DNA of 64,000 nt from Pseudogymnoascus verrucosus (lineage: Eukaryota), in the NCBI GenBank assembly GCA_001662655.1, contig KV460209.1; one strand, given 5' to 3'. The notes under the pieces are model-generated. The model ran no database searches and was not told the origin of the DNA. It saw only the letters and a program-made list of their open reading frames with translations. This document shows positions 51,156-64,000 of the stretch, in pieces. The number at the start of each line of letters is the position of its first letter. Positions within the stretch are counted from its first letter, which is position 1. The position numbers were made by a program, and so were the translations under genes.

Positions 51156-53525
51156 CAGCAGAGAGCGACTCATCCCCGTGACTAACTAACCCAATCACAT
51201 GTCCACCACCACCACAAACAAACACAGCACAACACAATCTCAATTGAGAACGACGACGTATACAGTTAAAATTACGCATCCCCACTCCGGACGGGCTGGT
51301 GTCCACAGTGGAGTGCAGTGGAGTGTAGTGGAGCGGGACTAGACGGCAGGGCTTGAGGGAGTGGGATGTGTGTGGATCGACGCGTAGGTGTGAAAGGTGT
51401 GTGTGCGTCCCACTCTGCACTGACACATGTGGTACTGACTACGCGAGGAGGCGATGGGGATGGGTGGTGCTGCTGTGGAGTGTGAGTGTGAAATGGACTG
51501 CCGTTGTCGTTCGTTCGTCTGGTCTATACGCGTCGTCTCATCTGGTGTGCGGGTATGTAGGTGGGGGGTCTGGTCTACAGTAGTGTCGCCGTTGTTTTTG
51601 TCTGGTTCACGGGCGGGCTGCTGTGAGACATTTACTATGGGTTGGGTTGGGTTGGGTGAGACATGCGCAGAGACTTCACCGGCTGGGGATCAACGCGGCT
51701 GGCGACACATCACTTGCGCAGTAGCAGAGGTGCAGTACTGGAGACTGACTGGAGAGGAGAGGACGACGGCTTGGTATGGGATGTCCCAGCGCGTATGATG
51801 CATGGAGAGCGTAATATGTGGAGTGCTATTTAGACGACTGGTGTATACAGACGATTGTGTATGCGCGATCAGGGAGAGAGGTCACAGCTGTGGAGTGGTG
51901 GCTGTGGTGGTCACAGCAGTCACAGTAGTCACAGCCTTCCTCTTGGCGGTATGTTGAACCATGAGGCAAGAGAATCGATAAAAGCGGTGCGCACCAGACA
52001 GCCAAATCGATAAAGCGCGACGATGGATACGGCGATCAACAACGATGGGAATGGCTATCACATCGCTACCATCGCTACCACCGTTGAACTTTACTTACCC
52101 GAAGGCGGGAAAGGAGAGAAAATGCGCGGATATTCACATGTTGTTGACGTCAGGTCAGGTCATGTCAGGTCAGACTAGTGTTCATCGACTCCCCTTCCTA
52201 GGACCTGAAAGAAAGTCTAGTTTTTTTTCGTGTGAGATATGAATGGTCGGATCACTCTCTGTGTGCGACACCACACAGTGGTCTGGTCTACTGTACCAGT
52301 CTACAACTCTCTCTACCCGTACCCGCCCAGACTGTAAATTTGCCAAGACGGTACTCGCTGGATATGGGTGGGAGTTGTGGTGGGAGTGTGGTTGTACTAC
52401 GCCGAGCCGAGATCTGCCAGCAGGGGGGTAGGGGGGGGGATAGCCGATACTTTGTTGTTATCCCGGAGCTGGGCGAAGATCTGAGGGGGAGACGATGTGA
52501 CGCGACTGACGAAATAGATGGACTGGGCGGAGGTGGTGGATATGATGTGTATATCACTCTGGGGCACTCAGACAGAGACAGCTGGAGGAGTGGATAGAAA
52601 TCAGCGGATATGACTGAATATCAGCGAACATCATGAACATCACTCACTGGACATCACTCAGTTATAACTGAATATCAATAAACATCTAACTGATCTTCAT
52701 AAACGCTACTCTAGTATGAGTTGAATATGGGAATATCGATTGAGGGTATCCATCTCTGGGCCTACTGTACCTCTTACTCCTCGCTAACAGTGCTAACAGT
52801 GCTAGCGGTACCTCGCCCTGATGTACTTCTAAAATCTAAAATAGCGTACCGTCCTTCCCACCTCTCTTAATCCAGCACACATTCGGGACTTCCTCCGTTA
52901 GTTACTAACCCCCTTGTCCCCTCCCCTGTGTCTCGGAGCTAGGATTGCACTAGGGACACACCACTAAGACACTACTAACCCACTACTAACCCACTAAAGT
53001 CTAGCACGAATGGGGACCTGGAACCGGGATGGGACTTCAAATGGATACTGCTAATCTTAGGGAAACCTGCACCTTGTAGAACCTAAAATTCCCAAATCCC
53101 AATCTCCCCTTCACCCAATTTGCCATTCCCATTCCCATCCTCCTCCCTCCCCCTACCCGGCTGCAACCCTACCTGGCTGCTGCAAACACCACCCCACCCC
53201 TACCCTTACCCTTCCTCTCCCTCTGACGCCTCGACCTTGCTTTTCGCCCTACACTAACCGACTCCATTCTCGCGCTACCCCTCCTCCTCCAATTCCCTTC
53301 TTCTCCCACCTTTCCCTCTTTTTCTTCTCTCCTCCATCTTGCACAATAGCTATTTAGGTAGCTTTTGAAAAAAGGTCGAGGCTCCCCTCTTCCCTCCTGC
53401 AACATCACCGCCACCCTGGCATCATCACCGACGAAAGACGAAAATAACTACAACCTCACCATCAATTGAGCTTTCATTAATTTCCCATTCCTGCGAGCGA
53501 GCTTCTCGCACCCAGATCGCCCATC

Positions 53526-56252
53526 ATGGACGGCCTCTTCAAGAGAGCAGATCCAGCTCCTACCGACTCCGACAAGGACTCCTCCGTCTCCGGTCTCGTC
53601 GCGACCCTGATCCCGACCTTGGTCGTCGCCCTCGTCTATGTTTCCATCTTCCTGGTCCTGCGTCGGTCGCACCGTCGCTTCTATGCCCCGAGAACCTACC
53701 TTGGGACTCTACGTGATAATGAGCGCTCCCCAGAGCTCCCAACTGGCATGTTCAACTGGTTCGGCACCTTCTGGAAGATCCCCGACACCTACGTTCTGCA
53801 GACCCAGTCGCTCGACTCATACCTGTTCCTGCGCTACATGCGCATCCTGGTCGCCATCTGCTTCTTCGGCTGCCTCATCACCTGGCCCGTCCTGTTCCCC
53901 GTCAACGCGACGGGCGGCAATGGCGCCCAGGGTCTCAACATCCTGGCGTTCGGCAACCTGAACAAGAGCACCGATGGCAAGAACCGCATGTACGCCCACG
54001 TCTTCATCGGATGGATCTTCTTCGCCTTTGTCCAACTCATGGTCTGCCGCGAGAGCATCTTCTACATCAACCTGCGCCAGGCCTTCCTCCTGTCGCCCGT
54101 CTACGCGAACCGCATCTCCTCCCGCACTGTCCTCTTCACCTCCGTCCCCGACGTGTACCTCGATGAGGCCAAGCTCCGCAAGGTCTTCGGCGACGAGGTC
54201 AAGCACGTCTGGATCACCCGTGACACCAAGGAGCTCGACAAGCTCGTCGAGGAGCGCGACAAGACCGCCTTCAGACTCGAGGGCGCCGAGACCAAGCTGA
54301 TCAAGCTCGCCAACAAGGAGCGCCTCAAGGCCGCCAAGAAGAGCGGTTCCTCCAACGACGAGGAGCCCGTCGTCGCCACCGCCGACTCCGAGTCCGGATC
54401 CATCGCCGCCCGCTGGCTCCCATCTAAGAAGCGCCCAACCCACCGCACTGGCCTCCTCGGCCTTTTCGGCTCCAAGGTCGACTCCATCAACTGGTGCCGC
54501 GAGAAGCTCGAGAAGCTGATCCCCGACACCGAGGTCGCGCGCGAGAAGTACAAGGCCGGCGGCGACAAGCTCGTCAACGCCGTCTTCATCGAGTTCCTCA
54601 CGCAGTCCGCTGCTCAGTCCGCATACCAGTCCCTGTCCCACCACCAGGCCCTCCACATGTCTCCCCGCTACATCGGAATGCACCCCAACGAGATCGTCTG
54701 GAGCTCCCTGCGCATCTCCTGGTGGCAGAAGGTCGCCCGCCGTTACGCGGTCCAGGCTTTCATCGCGGCTCTCATCATCTTCTGGGCCATCCCCGTCGCG
54801 GCTGTTGGTCTCATCTCCAACGTCCCGCAGCTCGCTACTCTCTCTTGGCTCAGCTGGCTCAACAAGATCCCACCCAAGATTATGGGTGTTGTCTCGGGTC
54901 TCCTGCCATCTGTTCTCCTGTCTATCCTCATGTCCCTCGTTCCGATCATCATGCGCATCCTCGCCAAGGTCTCCGGAGAGCCCACCCTCGCGCGCGTCGA
55001 GCTGTTCACCCAGAACGCATACTTTGCCTTCCAGGTCATCCAGGTCTTCCTGGTCGTCACCATCGGCTCTGCCGCCTCGTCCGTCGCCAAGAAGATCGCT
55101 GATAACCCCAGCTCCGTCACCAGTCTCCTGGCTGAGAAGCTGCCCCTGGCGTCTAACTTCTATATCTCCTACTTCATCCTGCAGGGTCTGACTATCGCCT
55201 CCGGCGTCGTCTCCCAGGTTGTTGGTTTCTTCATCTTTGGCCTGCTTTACAAGTATCTCACCTCTACCCCGAGATCCATGTACACCAAGTGGACTACTCT
55301 GAGCGCCATATCATGGGGTAGCATTCTCCCCGTGTACTCCAACATTGCTGTTATTGGTAAGCTCCTGCTCCCTCCCCATTCCCAAGACCCCTAACTCACT
55401 CATCCAGCCATCACCTACTCCCTGATCGCACCCCTCGTCATGGGCTTCGCCACCGTCGGCATAACCCTCTTCTACCTCGCCTACCGCTACAACATCCTCT
55501 TCGTAACCGACAACACCATCGACACCAAGGGCCTCATCTACCCCCGCGCCCTCCAACACCTCCTCACCGGCGTCTACCTCGCCGAGATCTGCATGATCGG
55601 ACTCTTTGGTATCTCCGCCGCCATCGGCCCAATCATCTTGATGGTCGTCGCACTCGTCGGAACAGTCCTCTTCCACATCGCCATGAACTCCGCCCTGGAC
55701 CCCTTGTTGTACAACCTCCCCAAGTCCCTCGAGGCAGAGGAGGAGCTCCTCGCTCTCGAGTCGGGAACGAGCACTGTTACACCTGGCGTCGTCGGCGCCC
55801 AGAACGGCGAGAAATCCCTCGAGGACGGCGAGTCTGCCAACCCTGCTCTCCTCGCCTCAGAGGCAACAGGCGAGAAGACCGTCGTGGCCCTACCAGCCGC
55901 ACCGCACGCTAAGCCGAACATCCTGACTAAATTCCTGAAGCCGCACATCTACGCCGACTACGCCACCCTGCGCCGCCTGGTCCCCCACGACGTCGCGGGC
56001 GCCGTGTCGAACTACAGCCCTGAAGTCGAGCGCGACGCGTACTTGCCTCCTAGTGTTAAGAGCGAGACCCCTCTGCTCTGGATTCCGAGGGATGAGATGG
56101 GGATTTCCAAACAGGAGATCGCGCATACGGCGAAGGTGATCCCGATTACGGATGAGGGTGCGGCGTTGGATGAGAAGGGAGCTGTGTACTGGGTTGCGGA
56201 GAAGGAGGAGGGTGCTAGGCCGCCGATTTGGGAGGAGAAGACTTATTATTAG
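53526..56252 (+). CDS. OSCA/TMEM63 (CSC1/RSN1/PHM7, DUF221) calcium-permeable channel
   Basis: YAPRTY, LDSYLFLRY, VLFPVNATG, SRTVLFTSVP, PNEIVW, SNFYISY, YRYNILFV, TKGLIYPRAL; intron 55357-55407; strong GC3 bias. Confidence 0.95.
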
Positions 56253-56875
56253 ATAAGGAGCGTTCTCTCGAAGTGTAATAAGGAATGTTGTTTTAGGTGT
56301 TTTGAGATAGGTGGGGGGATGTGGTTAATGTTCGGGGATGATGCGGGTACGGAATGGAATCTTGATACCCTTCCTTTCTTTCATGGGATTATTATATCTG
56401 GAGATTGGGTGGGGGGATGTATAGGGTTAGTCTTTAATTTTTGATATCAAAAACTATAGTGTGTTTTCCTCGTATTGCCTGCCTGTCTGTGTAACTTTTT
56501 GTTATTGGTTGTGTTGTGTTGTGGGTGATGATTCCAGAGTCGTGCTTTGTGATATTTACGAGCCAAGCGCACACCAAGCGTTGTTGTTGTCGTCATAGAC
56601 GGAAAATAATTCCCCCGCCCCGCCCTGACGAACGCGGGGTGGTCGTCCGAGGTTGCCATCCATCCACCCAATCCATCCACCCAATCCATCCACCCAGGCA
56701 GACAGACAGCTTCGTCAAGCTACCAAAAAACAAATTCACTCACGAACAACAACCGATTTGAACAATTTCCATCTCACAACATCATCATCTCAAGACGGAA
56801 CGATCTCTCCATACGAGCAATACTTCTCATCCATCCACCCTATCACCCACACCCACACACATAAACACCGCGACA

Positions 56876-57998
56876 ATGCCAGACACAACACCCACCATCG
56901 TCACGCCCGCGACGGCCACCTCACCAGCTACGGAAATGAAACGGAAGACTTTCGTTCCGCTTGGTTCGTCCTCCCCTCCCCTTCTCCCTTCTCTCCTCCT
57001 CCCCAGCCCTCTCAATCCTCACAATCCTCACAATCCTCACAATCCCCACCCCTCCCCTTCCCCTCCCCTCCACCTTCCCCTCCCCCCCCCCCCCCAAACC
57101 CAAACCCAAACACTGTACGCACATCAGCTAACACCCCCCCCCCCCCGGCAACAGAAAACAACCCCCAAATAATGACCACCCTCCTCCACTCCCTCGGCCT
57201 CTCCCCCTCCCTCGCCCTGCACGACGTCTTTTCCCTGACCGACCCCTCTCTCCTCGCTTTCGTCCCGCGCCCCGCCTCCGCTCTCCTCCTCGTCTTCCCA
57301 GTGAGTGAGGGGTATGAGAAGTATAGGAGAGAGGAGGACGAGGGGTTGAGTGAGTATACTGGGAAGGGGTTTGCTATTGATGCTGGGGAGGGGAAGTTGG
57401 GTGAAGAGGAGGGAGGGAATGAGGGGGGGGTATTGTGGTTTAGGCAGACTATTAGGAATAGTTGTGGGTTGATGGCGTTGTTGCATGCGGCGGGGAATGG
57501 GAGTGCTAGGGAGTTCGTTGGTGAGTTTTAGTCTTTCCCCTTTCCCCTTTCCCAATTTCCCGATCCCTCCCCCCCCCCCACAAACCATCTTCTCGATCCC
57601 GGAATGAGACGCACAAACTAACCCCCCCCTCAGACCCAGACTCAACACTCGGCCAACTCCTCAAAGACGCCACGCCCCTCCCCCCCACCGAGCGCGCGGA
57701 TTTACTCTACAACTCCCCCTCCCTCGAAGCCGCCCACTCCGCCTCCGCACAACAAGGCGACACCGCCGCCCCACCCGCAGACGACATCGTAGAACTCCAC
57801 TTCGTGACCTTCGTCGTCGTGAATGGCAAACTATGGGAACTAGATGGGAGGAGGAAGGGACCGATTTGTAGGGGGGAAGTGGGAGATGAGGATGTCCTTG
57901 GGGAGAAGGCCCTCGAGATGGGACCGAGGAGGTTTGTGGGGAGGGAGGAGGGGGAGTTGAGGTTTAGTGTTGTTGCGTTGGGGCCGGGGTTGGATTAG
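56876..57998 (+). CDS. Ubiquitin C-terminal hydrolase (peptidase C12, UCH-L3/Yuh1-like)
   Basis: FVPL|ENNP, QTIRNSCGLMALLHA (catalytic Cys), HFVTFV, ELDGRRKGP; introns about 56963-57153 and 57521-57633. Confidence 0.9.
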
Positions 57999-58157
57999 GT
58001 GTAGGTTGGGGGTTTGGGGGGGGGGAAGGGGGGAGGGGGAGGGGGTATGGATGTGGTTATGAACGGGATGAAGGAACTTTGATGCTGATACGGTGGTATG
58101 GGGAGGGGGTGTCATTGGCAGATGTCAGATATATACCGTCGTAAAAGAAGAATGAAT

Positions 58158-58223
58158 GCATACGACCATAGACTCAAGAGAATTGGGCATCCCGTCCGCT
58201 CTGCCATACACAAGCTTGTAATC
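58158..58223 (+). rRNA. 5S rRNA gene, 5' portion only (truncated or interrupted)
   Basis: GCATACGACCATAG...GGGCATCCCGTCCGCTCTGCCATACACAAGC matches the ascomycete 5S 5' half; the expected TTAGTA..GGGTGACC..GCGAATCC 3' half does not follow. Confidence 0.85.
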
Positions 58224-59041
58224 CACTTGCATTTTACTCTCAATCGTGCCAATAGGCATAACGTGGAATCTGAGCCCCTTGCAGCCTTGAAGGGTGAAGC
58301 GAGGGTGAGCAGGGTGGTCTTGCTCTTATTTTCTAGGTACTTTTGCCATTGTTGAGCGGTAACTACATTTAATCACGTGATTTGGAAAAGGAGAAGCAGT
58401 CGTCTGTGGGTGGGAGGACAGGAATACGGGGGGGACCACAGACGAATTGTAAGTTGTCTCCGGCGGCCGGAACTCTTCACTTTGGCGCAACAGAACAGAA
58501 GGCTTCAAACAGTAGAACACGGTAAATACAGTATATATAGATCAATTGAATTACTACCTAATCTACGGGCCTACGTACGCTATTTGTAGTCCTGGGAGAA
58601 ACCCCCAAAACCCTGATAAGCTGGGCTTTCCGGACTCAGCTTGGCTTTGGATCAGTGGCTTCCAATAGTATGGCGTCACTGTCTCATCCGCAAACCAACT
58701 GGGAGCTGGACGGTCCCACGGGGATAACCCGTCGTTTTGGGCGTAAAAACCGACCGTATCCCACGGGGAAGTCCGTTTCCCCCAACATTAGCAGGTGTTG
58801 AACTATGTCACCTGCACTGTTGAGGCTGTGTAGCACCCTGGACATATCTTTTTCCCATTTCCAGGCTATGGAGACAAGGATTTCACGTCATCAACCATAC
58901 AGCTCCACCCGTAGCGATGATGCGATTTGAGGCTCTGTTGGCCTTTGCTCAAAACTATGCAAGAGGTTCAAGGACGAAGAAAGTGCTTGACGTGATCGAA
59001 CTTTGAGTGGTGGAATGTTCGCACTGCCTGCGCCATATTTT

Positions 59042-59075
59042 CCCCGCAGTATTGCCCCCGCAGTATTTCCCCCGC
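59042..59075 (-). promoter_or_regulatory. Three tandem GCGGGG boxes (CreA/Mig1-type SYGGRG), 14-bp period
   Basis: CCCCGC at 59042, 59056, 59070 with AT-rich spacers, about 320 bp upstream of the MFS ATG. Confidence 0.5.
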
Positions 59076-59392
59076 AGTTTTCCCTGCCAATATTTCCCCA
59101 CACTTTTCGGCGGGACAGCTTGTGGAGGCGCAACGCTAGAGACGGGACATAGATGTTCGGATGTGGGACCGCTGGATCTGGGGTGAAGGCAATTAGATCA
59201 AGGGTGGTCTAGCCCGTCTTTCGCTATATATTACTGATCACAGTACAGTAACAGTACCCCATGTTACAACATGTGAGAGAGATAAAGTCAAAGGCTCACG
59301 CTCAGTTGATTTATGGACTGGAGCCCTGGCAGCTTCATCATTTGTCCTTCAGTTCAACAAATTGTCATTGTAATCAACATAAGCTCGGCAAA

Positions 59393-61414
59393 ATGTTTTC
59401 TGATGGGACAATTCAGGAGAAAGCCGACAACAATGACACTGTCCATCACGAGCAGGCCGGAAGAGACAATCTGAAGTCGGCGTCTCCTCCTTCTCTGGAC
59501 GCGAATCTAGTGTATGACAACGACGAAGAAGAGCCAGAGATTCATACGCGGACCTATCTCGCTCTACTGGCCATGTTCACGCTGAATTTGGTCCGGGTGT
59601 TAGCTCTCCAAGGACCTCCTGCAGTCGTAAGTGAAAAGAGTCACCCTAGCAGGTATCGTCAGTTGAATAATACCCTAATGCATTTAGTTATCCTACATAG
59701 GAAAAGATCTCAATGATCCGGTTCGTGAGACCTGGGTGCCGAATGCCCTCTCACTAGTGCAAGCGGTCGTGGCTCCCGTCATCAGCTCTGCCTCAGACAC
59801 TTTCCAAGCTCGGAAATCACTTCTCGTAGGCTGTTCTCTGATATCTTTTATCGGTGCAGCGATTGCGCCGGGATCTAAGGACATCTACCGGCTGATAGTC
59901 GCCCAGATCTTGATTGGATTTGGTTTTGCTACAGTTCCACTAGCCTACTGTGTTCCCAGTGAAATACTTCCAAAGAGATGGAGGCCTAGTAAGTCCCATA
60001 ATCAACAGTATTTATACAACTGCTTTATTACGAGATTGACCTAACTGGTTTGCAGTGGTGCAAGCTGGTATGAACGTTGCTGCGGCTCTTGGCGCTTGCA
60101 TAGGACCTTTGATAGTTGGTGCTTTAACAAGGACAAACTCGCATACTGGGTGGCGTAATTTCTATGTAAGCGTTATTATCTTTCTCAATTTACCAATGAA
60201 ACTATGCTTACATCTCTAATAGTGGTTTCAAATGGCACTTTGGGGAATAACCGCGCTTGGTATCTTCCTTGGCTACAGACCGCCAAAGAGACATACTCGT
60301 CTTGATCACCTGTCGTTTGCACAAAAGATCGGGCGACTCGATCTTCCAGGTTTTGCCCTTCTTACTGCTGGTCTCGCTCTGTTTTTGACTGGGCTTAATC
60401 TTGGTGGAAGTATTTTCCCATGGCGAGCTGTTGAAACACTGTCTACGCTGATTATTGGCCTTGTGCTCCTTATCGCGTTCGGTATTTACGAATGGCTGTT
60501 CACTAAGACAGGCATCTTGCATCATGATCTTTTTGTCGCTGGAAAGGATACCGGACGTACCTTCGCTATCTGTGTTGGCCTTATGTTCATTGAAGGCATC
60601 TTGCTCTTTAGCTATATCATATTCTATCCGGTCTTGTATGTTCACTATATCAAAGCCTATGTACACTTCACTAATTATCATTAGGACAACCTCGCTTTTT
60701 GAGACAGACGCATTTCTGTTAACGGCAAGAGAGCAGCCTTTTTGGGTAGCTGCTGGATTAAGCACAATACCTTATGGCTACGTCAGCACAAAGCTGAGGA
60801 ACATTAAGGGCCCACTGTTCGTTGGATTCCTCCTCATGACTGCTGGCATCGTCGGACTCGCTACGGTTGAACCAAGCCATTCCACGAATGCGGTTATCTT
60901 TTCCGGGCTTGCTGGTGTTGGATTCGGCGCTCCCCTCATACTAATCATCTCAGGAGTCCAGCTTTCTACACCCCATCATCTGATTGCTACTGCGACTGCA
61001 GTGACCACGTCATTCAGAGCTGTGGCCGCAACTGTTTTTACCGCAATCTATGCTGCGGCACTGAGTAACCGGCTCGCTAGTTACATACCAAGCTATATAG
61101 CTGCGGCAGCCAGAAGCGCCGGGTTGCCTACAAGTTCTATTACGGAATTTGTCGGAGCTCTAGCCTCCGGTAATGCCACAGGAGTCGCACATGTCCCTGG
61201 AGTCAATCCGCTCATTGTTGCAGCAGGAACTGCGGCTTTGAAGCAAGCATCAGCAGATGGGATACGAGTAGTGTTCATCATAGCAGCTCCGTTTGGTGCA
61301 GTGGCGTGCATAACCTGCTTCTTTATTGGCGACCTAAGGAAGGTTATGAATTACCATGTTGACGCGCCATTGGAGGATTTACACGCGAAGAACCATCACG
61401 CCGTAACTGCTTAA
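59393..61414 (+). CDS. MFS transporter, TRI12-like fungal efflux family
   Basis: SDTFQARK, PSEILPKRWRP, GWRNFY, YRPPKRH; introns about 59627-59688, 59989-60055, 60166-60222, 60636-60684. Confidence 0.88.
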
Positions 61415-62747
61415 GACATTGAAAACTTCATACGGAGGGAACAAAGTTGCATTTAAAGCACTGCTTCTAATTATAGCTGATATAAATCTGCGCATTTTAC
61501 TTAGCCACGCCTTATTCAATGTAAAATTACTTTTATTAATTGTTAAAATAGAGCGCCTATCCTATTTTAGAGCTATGTGCGTATTAGGTTGGACTAGCTA
61601 GTAGCCATCTGTATGAAGTTATGGCTAATATATGACATTAAAATGCAGGTGTTGTAGGAGATCAGTAAAGGTACGATTTTCCCGCTATGGCTATCCATGA
61701 CCGTTTCCTCAGGTGCGCACGTTAATCTCATAGTATGTATTTACGACAGAGGATGAGGTGATAATTTTCTGGGGGTGCGACGGATGCCAATCAAAGATAG
61801 CAATTCAATATGTTGGGTCTATAAAGTGATGTTACTACGTATGCTCATTTCCCTTGATATACTTGGAGGGTTTGGGCCTCTGCCGAGAAACTGTCCTCTT
61901 CGATCTAGAATGGATGGATTTGCTCATAATAATCATTGTCGTCATTTACTGTTACTGCGCATGCACAACTACAGCTAACTAACTTAGTCTGCTTCGCCAC
62001 GGAAACAAAGGGACCTTGTCGCAGCTTTGCACATGGTATACACGGCTTCTTAGCGCTCAAAGTTACATTGGCCCACATTCGGCTTTCGGCCTCGTTCGAC
62101 ATTGGGCCAACCCCATTAATCATCTGGGGGGTTGGACATGGATCAGGCCTATAGCCCCATCATTTGTTTTTTGCCTTACACGCTATGGCTGAATTCTCCT
62201 GCCGAATTGTCCTGCCGAATTATTAACAATGGTGGTTGCTAGCGGACCTATGCAGAGTTGGCATCCATATAGTTGGTCTTACCGTGGTCCCACAAGTTGT
62301 TAGTGTACTAGAGCTCACTAATGAAATCAAACTCTCTGATTCCGTCCCACATTGTTGTCCCACATTGTTGTCCCCACATTGCTGTCCCAAATAAAATTGT
62401 CCCACATCCTTCTCGCCCCACATCGCAGGAAGCGGTAACCCCCTTTGCCACTGTATACCTATCGCATCCGTCGATAATTATGTTGGTCTCCAACTTACAC
62501 ATTCTGCAGAGGGTAGTACGGAGTAGGGATTCGGCAAATGTCGTGAGCTTGTATGAAGGTTCCGAGTGATTCTAAGTTGATCGATTGACTCTCTGTTTGG
62601 ATGTGGGACTCTTTAGTATCGCTGAACCGCCCTCATGGGGCATCCCACAGCATATAGATACACATCTGCCCAATACATTCGTTGTGTCTCATGATTTAGA
62701 AACTCTACCTGATTTATCCCAGCACCTGCCACTGGCTTCTTCAGAAA

Positions 62748-63777
62748 ATGCCTTCTTGGACTCATCTTATTCGTTTTGTTGCCGTTGAAGACAATCAGTC
62801 GCACATCGGACAGTTAGTAGATCCAAGTCGCGATGTCGGATTAGACACCTTGGAGGGGCGCGAGGTGAAAGCATACGAGATTGTCGGCACCATTTTCGAC
62901 GGAGAGGTTACCGAAAACATTTTCACCGTGAAATTCGTAAGTTCGACGTTGCCAACTGAGTTCGAATTATAACCTTAACCAAACTTCTAGCTACAATCAC
63001 CTGTTGAACGAGAGAGTTGCAACTATATCAGATGTCTCGGTCTGAATTATAAAGATCATGCACAGGTAAGAGCCCAGGATTAAGCACAATATCAGCAATA
63101 CCTCAACTGTAACTGACCACTATTACAGGAGGGTGGTTTCGCTATTCCGAAGGTTCCTATTCTCTTCACGAAGCCGCGTTCCGCATTGATCGGGCCTTAC
63201 CCAGCCACAGTCAACATCCCCAAATGCGCGCAGGACGGCACTAGCGATTATGAATCAGAGCTCTGCCTTGTAATCGGCAAGACTGGTCGGGATATCTCAG
63301 AAGAAGATGCCTTAGACTATGTTCTAGGCTATACTGCTTCGAACGATGTGTCAGCAAGGACTATGCAGATGATCACAGCTCAATGGAGTATGTCAAAGGG
63401 CTTGGATAGTAGCTGTCCCATTGGCCCTGTCCTGGTTGCCACTTCTGTCATTCCAGATCCACAGACTCTGCAAATCAAGGGCAGCTATAATGGAACAACT
63501 GTACAAGACGGACACACTAGGTAAGGGTTTTAAGCATACCCCCTGATTATCACGCAGACCCACTAACCTAAGAAGCGACATGATCTTCAACATCCGCCAA
63601 CAAATCTCCTACCTCTCTAAAGGAACGACACTCGAGGCAGGAACAATCTTCTTGACGGGCACTCCAGCCGGAATCGGCTACTTTCGTAAGCCAGCTGTGG
63701 TGCTTGAAGATGGTAGCCAGTTTTCTGTCTATATTGAAAAGATCGGGACATTAGTTAATAAAATACGCTACGAGTAG
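62748..63777 (+). CDS. Fumarylacetoacetate hydrolase family protein (FAHD-like)
   Basis: WTHLIRF, CLGLNYKDHA, PILFTKP, DYESEL, NDVSAR, KGLDSSCPIGP, TGTPAGIG; three introns. Confidence 0.92.
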
Positions 63778-64000
63778 AAGAGCTATAGCCGGATTTGAGC
63801 CGTTCACTTACACGGGTCCGTGTTAGAGAGGAAAATTTTCTACGTTTAGGTATGTGCACGGCACTTTTTAGAATACTAGGTTTATGTCGATGGTTGCCAA
63901 TTACACATTTGAGTCGGAGGAAGAAAGTGACACTAAATTACACCCATAAGTTACTGCTAGAATCTATTCTGTAGACTACTTAAGCTAGATTATCATCAAA

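Noticed and set aside
50704..51426. 240-aa ORF with QTPQTDTTDRHHR repeats
   Set aside because: Translation of the 13-bp minisatellite and low-complexity DNA
53560..56126. Long antisense and alternate-frame ORFs over the OSCA gene
   Set aside because: Expected shadows of strong GC3 codon bias; no motifs
56653..57153. His/Pro-rich N-terminal extension on the UCH ORF
   Set aside because: Read-through of 5' UTR and a C-rich intron; the spliced model from 56876 restores FVPLENNP
1..64000. Secondary-metabolite biosynthetic cluster or Starship captain in the window
   Set aside because: No backbone synthase and no tyrosine-recombinase-like ORF recognised

Overview
Filamentous ascomycete genomic DNA: GT-AG introns with CTRAC branch sites, Zn2Cys6 regulators and RIP-type mutated repeats. 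Left part (1-30 kb) is an accessory-looking detoxification/catabolism region: thiolase, MFS transporters, an intronless E. coli-type HchA (Hsp31) glyoxalase III, an AlcR-like and two other Zn2Cys6 factors (one a probable pseudogene), a spliced fusion of a PRISE/VEP1-like reductase to an HSL-family esterase, a DJ-1/PfpI protein and a signal-peptide epoxide hydrolase. The middle (30.7-40.4 kb) is an AT-rich RIP island with a full-length dead Ty3/Gypsy chromovirus (545-bp LTRs, ATAAT TSD, likely self-priming PBS, antisense Cys6/coiled-coil ORF), a solo LTR with its own TSD and older relics. Right part: MYND protein, sugar permease, a Zn-ADH/GlcG-like pair with nested direct repeats, an OSCA/TMEM63 channel, a UCH deubiquitinase, a 5S rRNA gene cut after about 66 nt (candidate giant-transposon boundary), a TRI12-like MFS and an FAH-family hydrolase. 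Calls rest on motif recognition and manual splice reconstruction; no searches were run.
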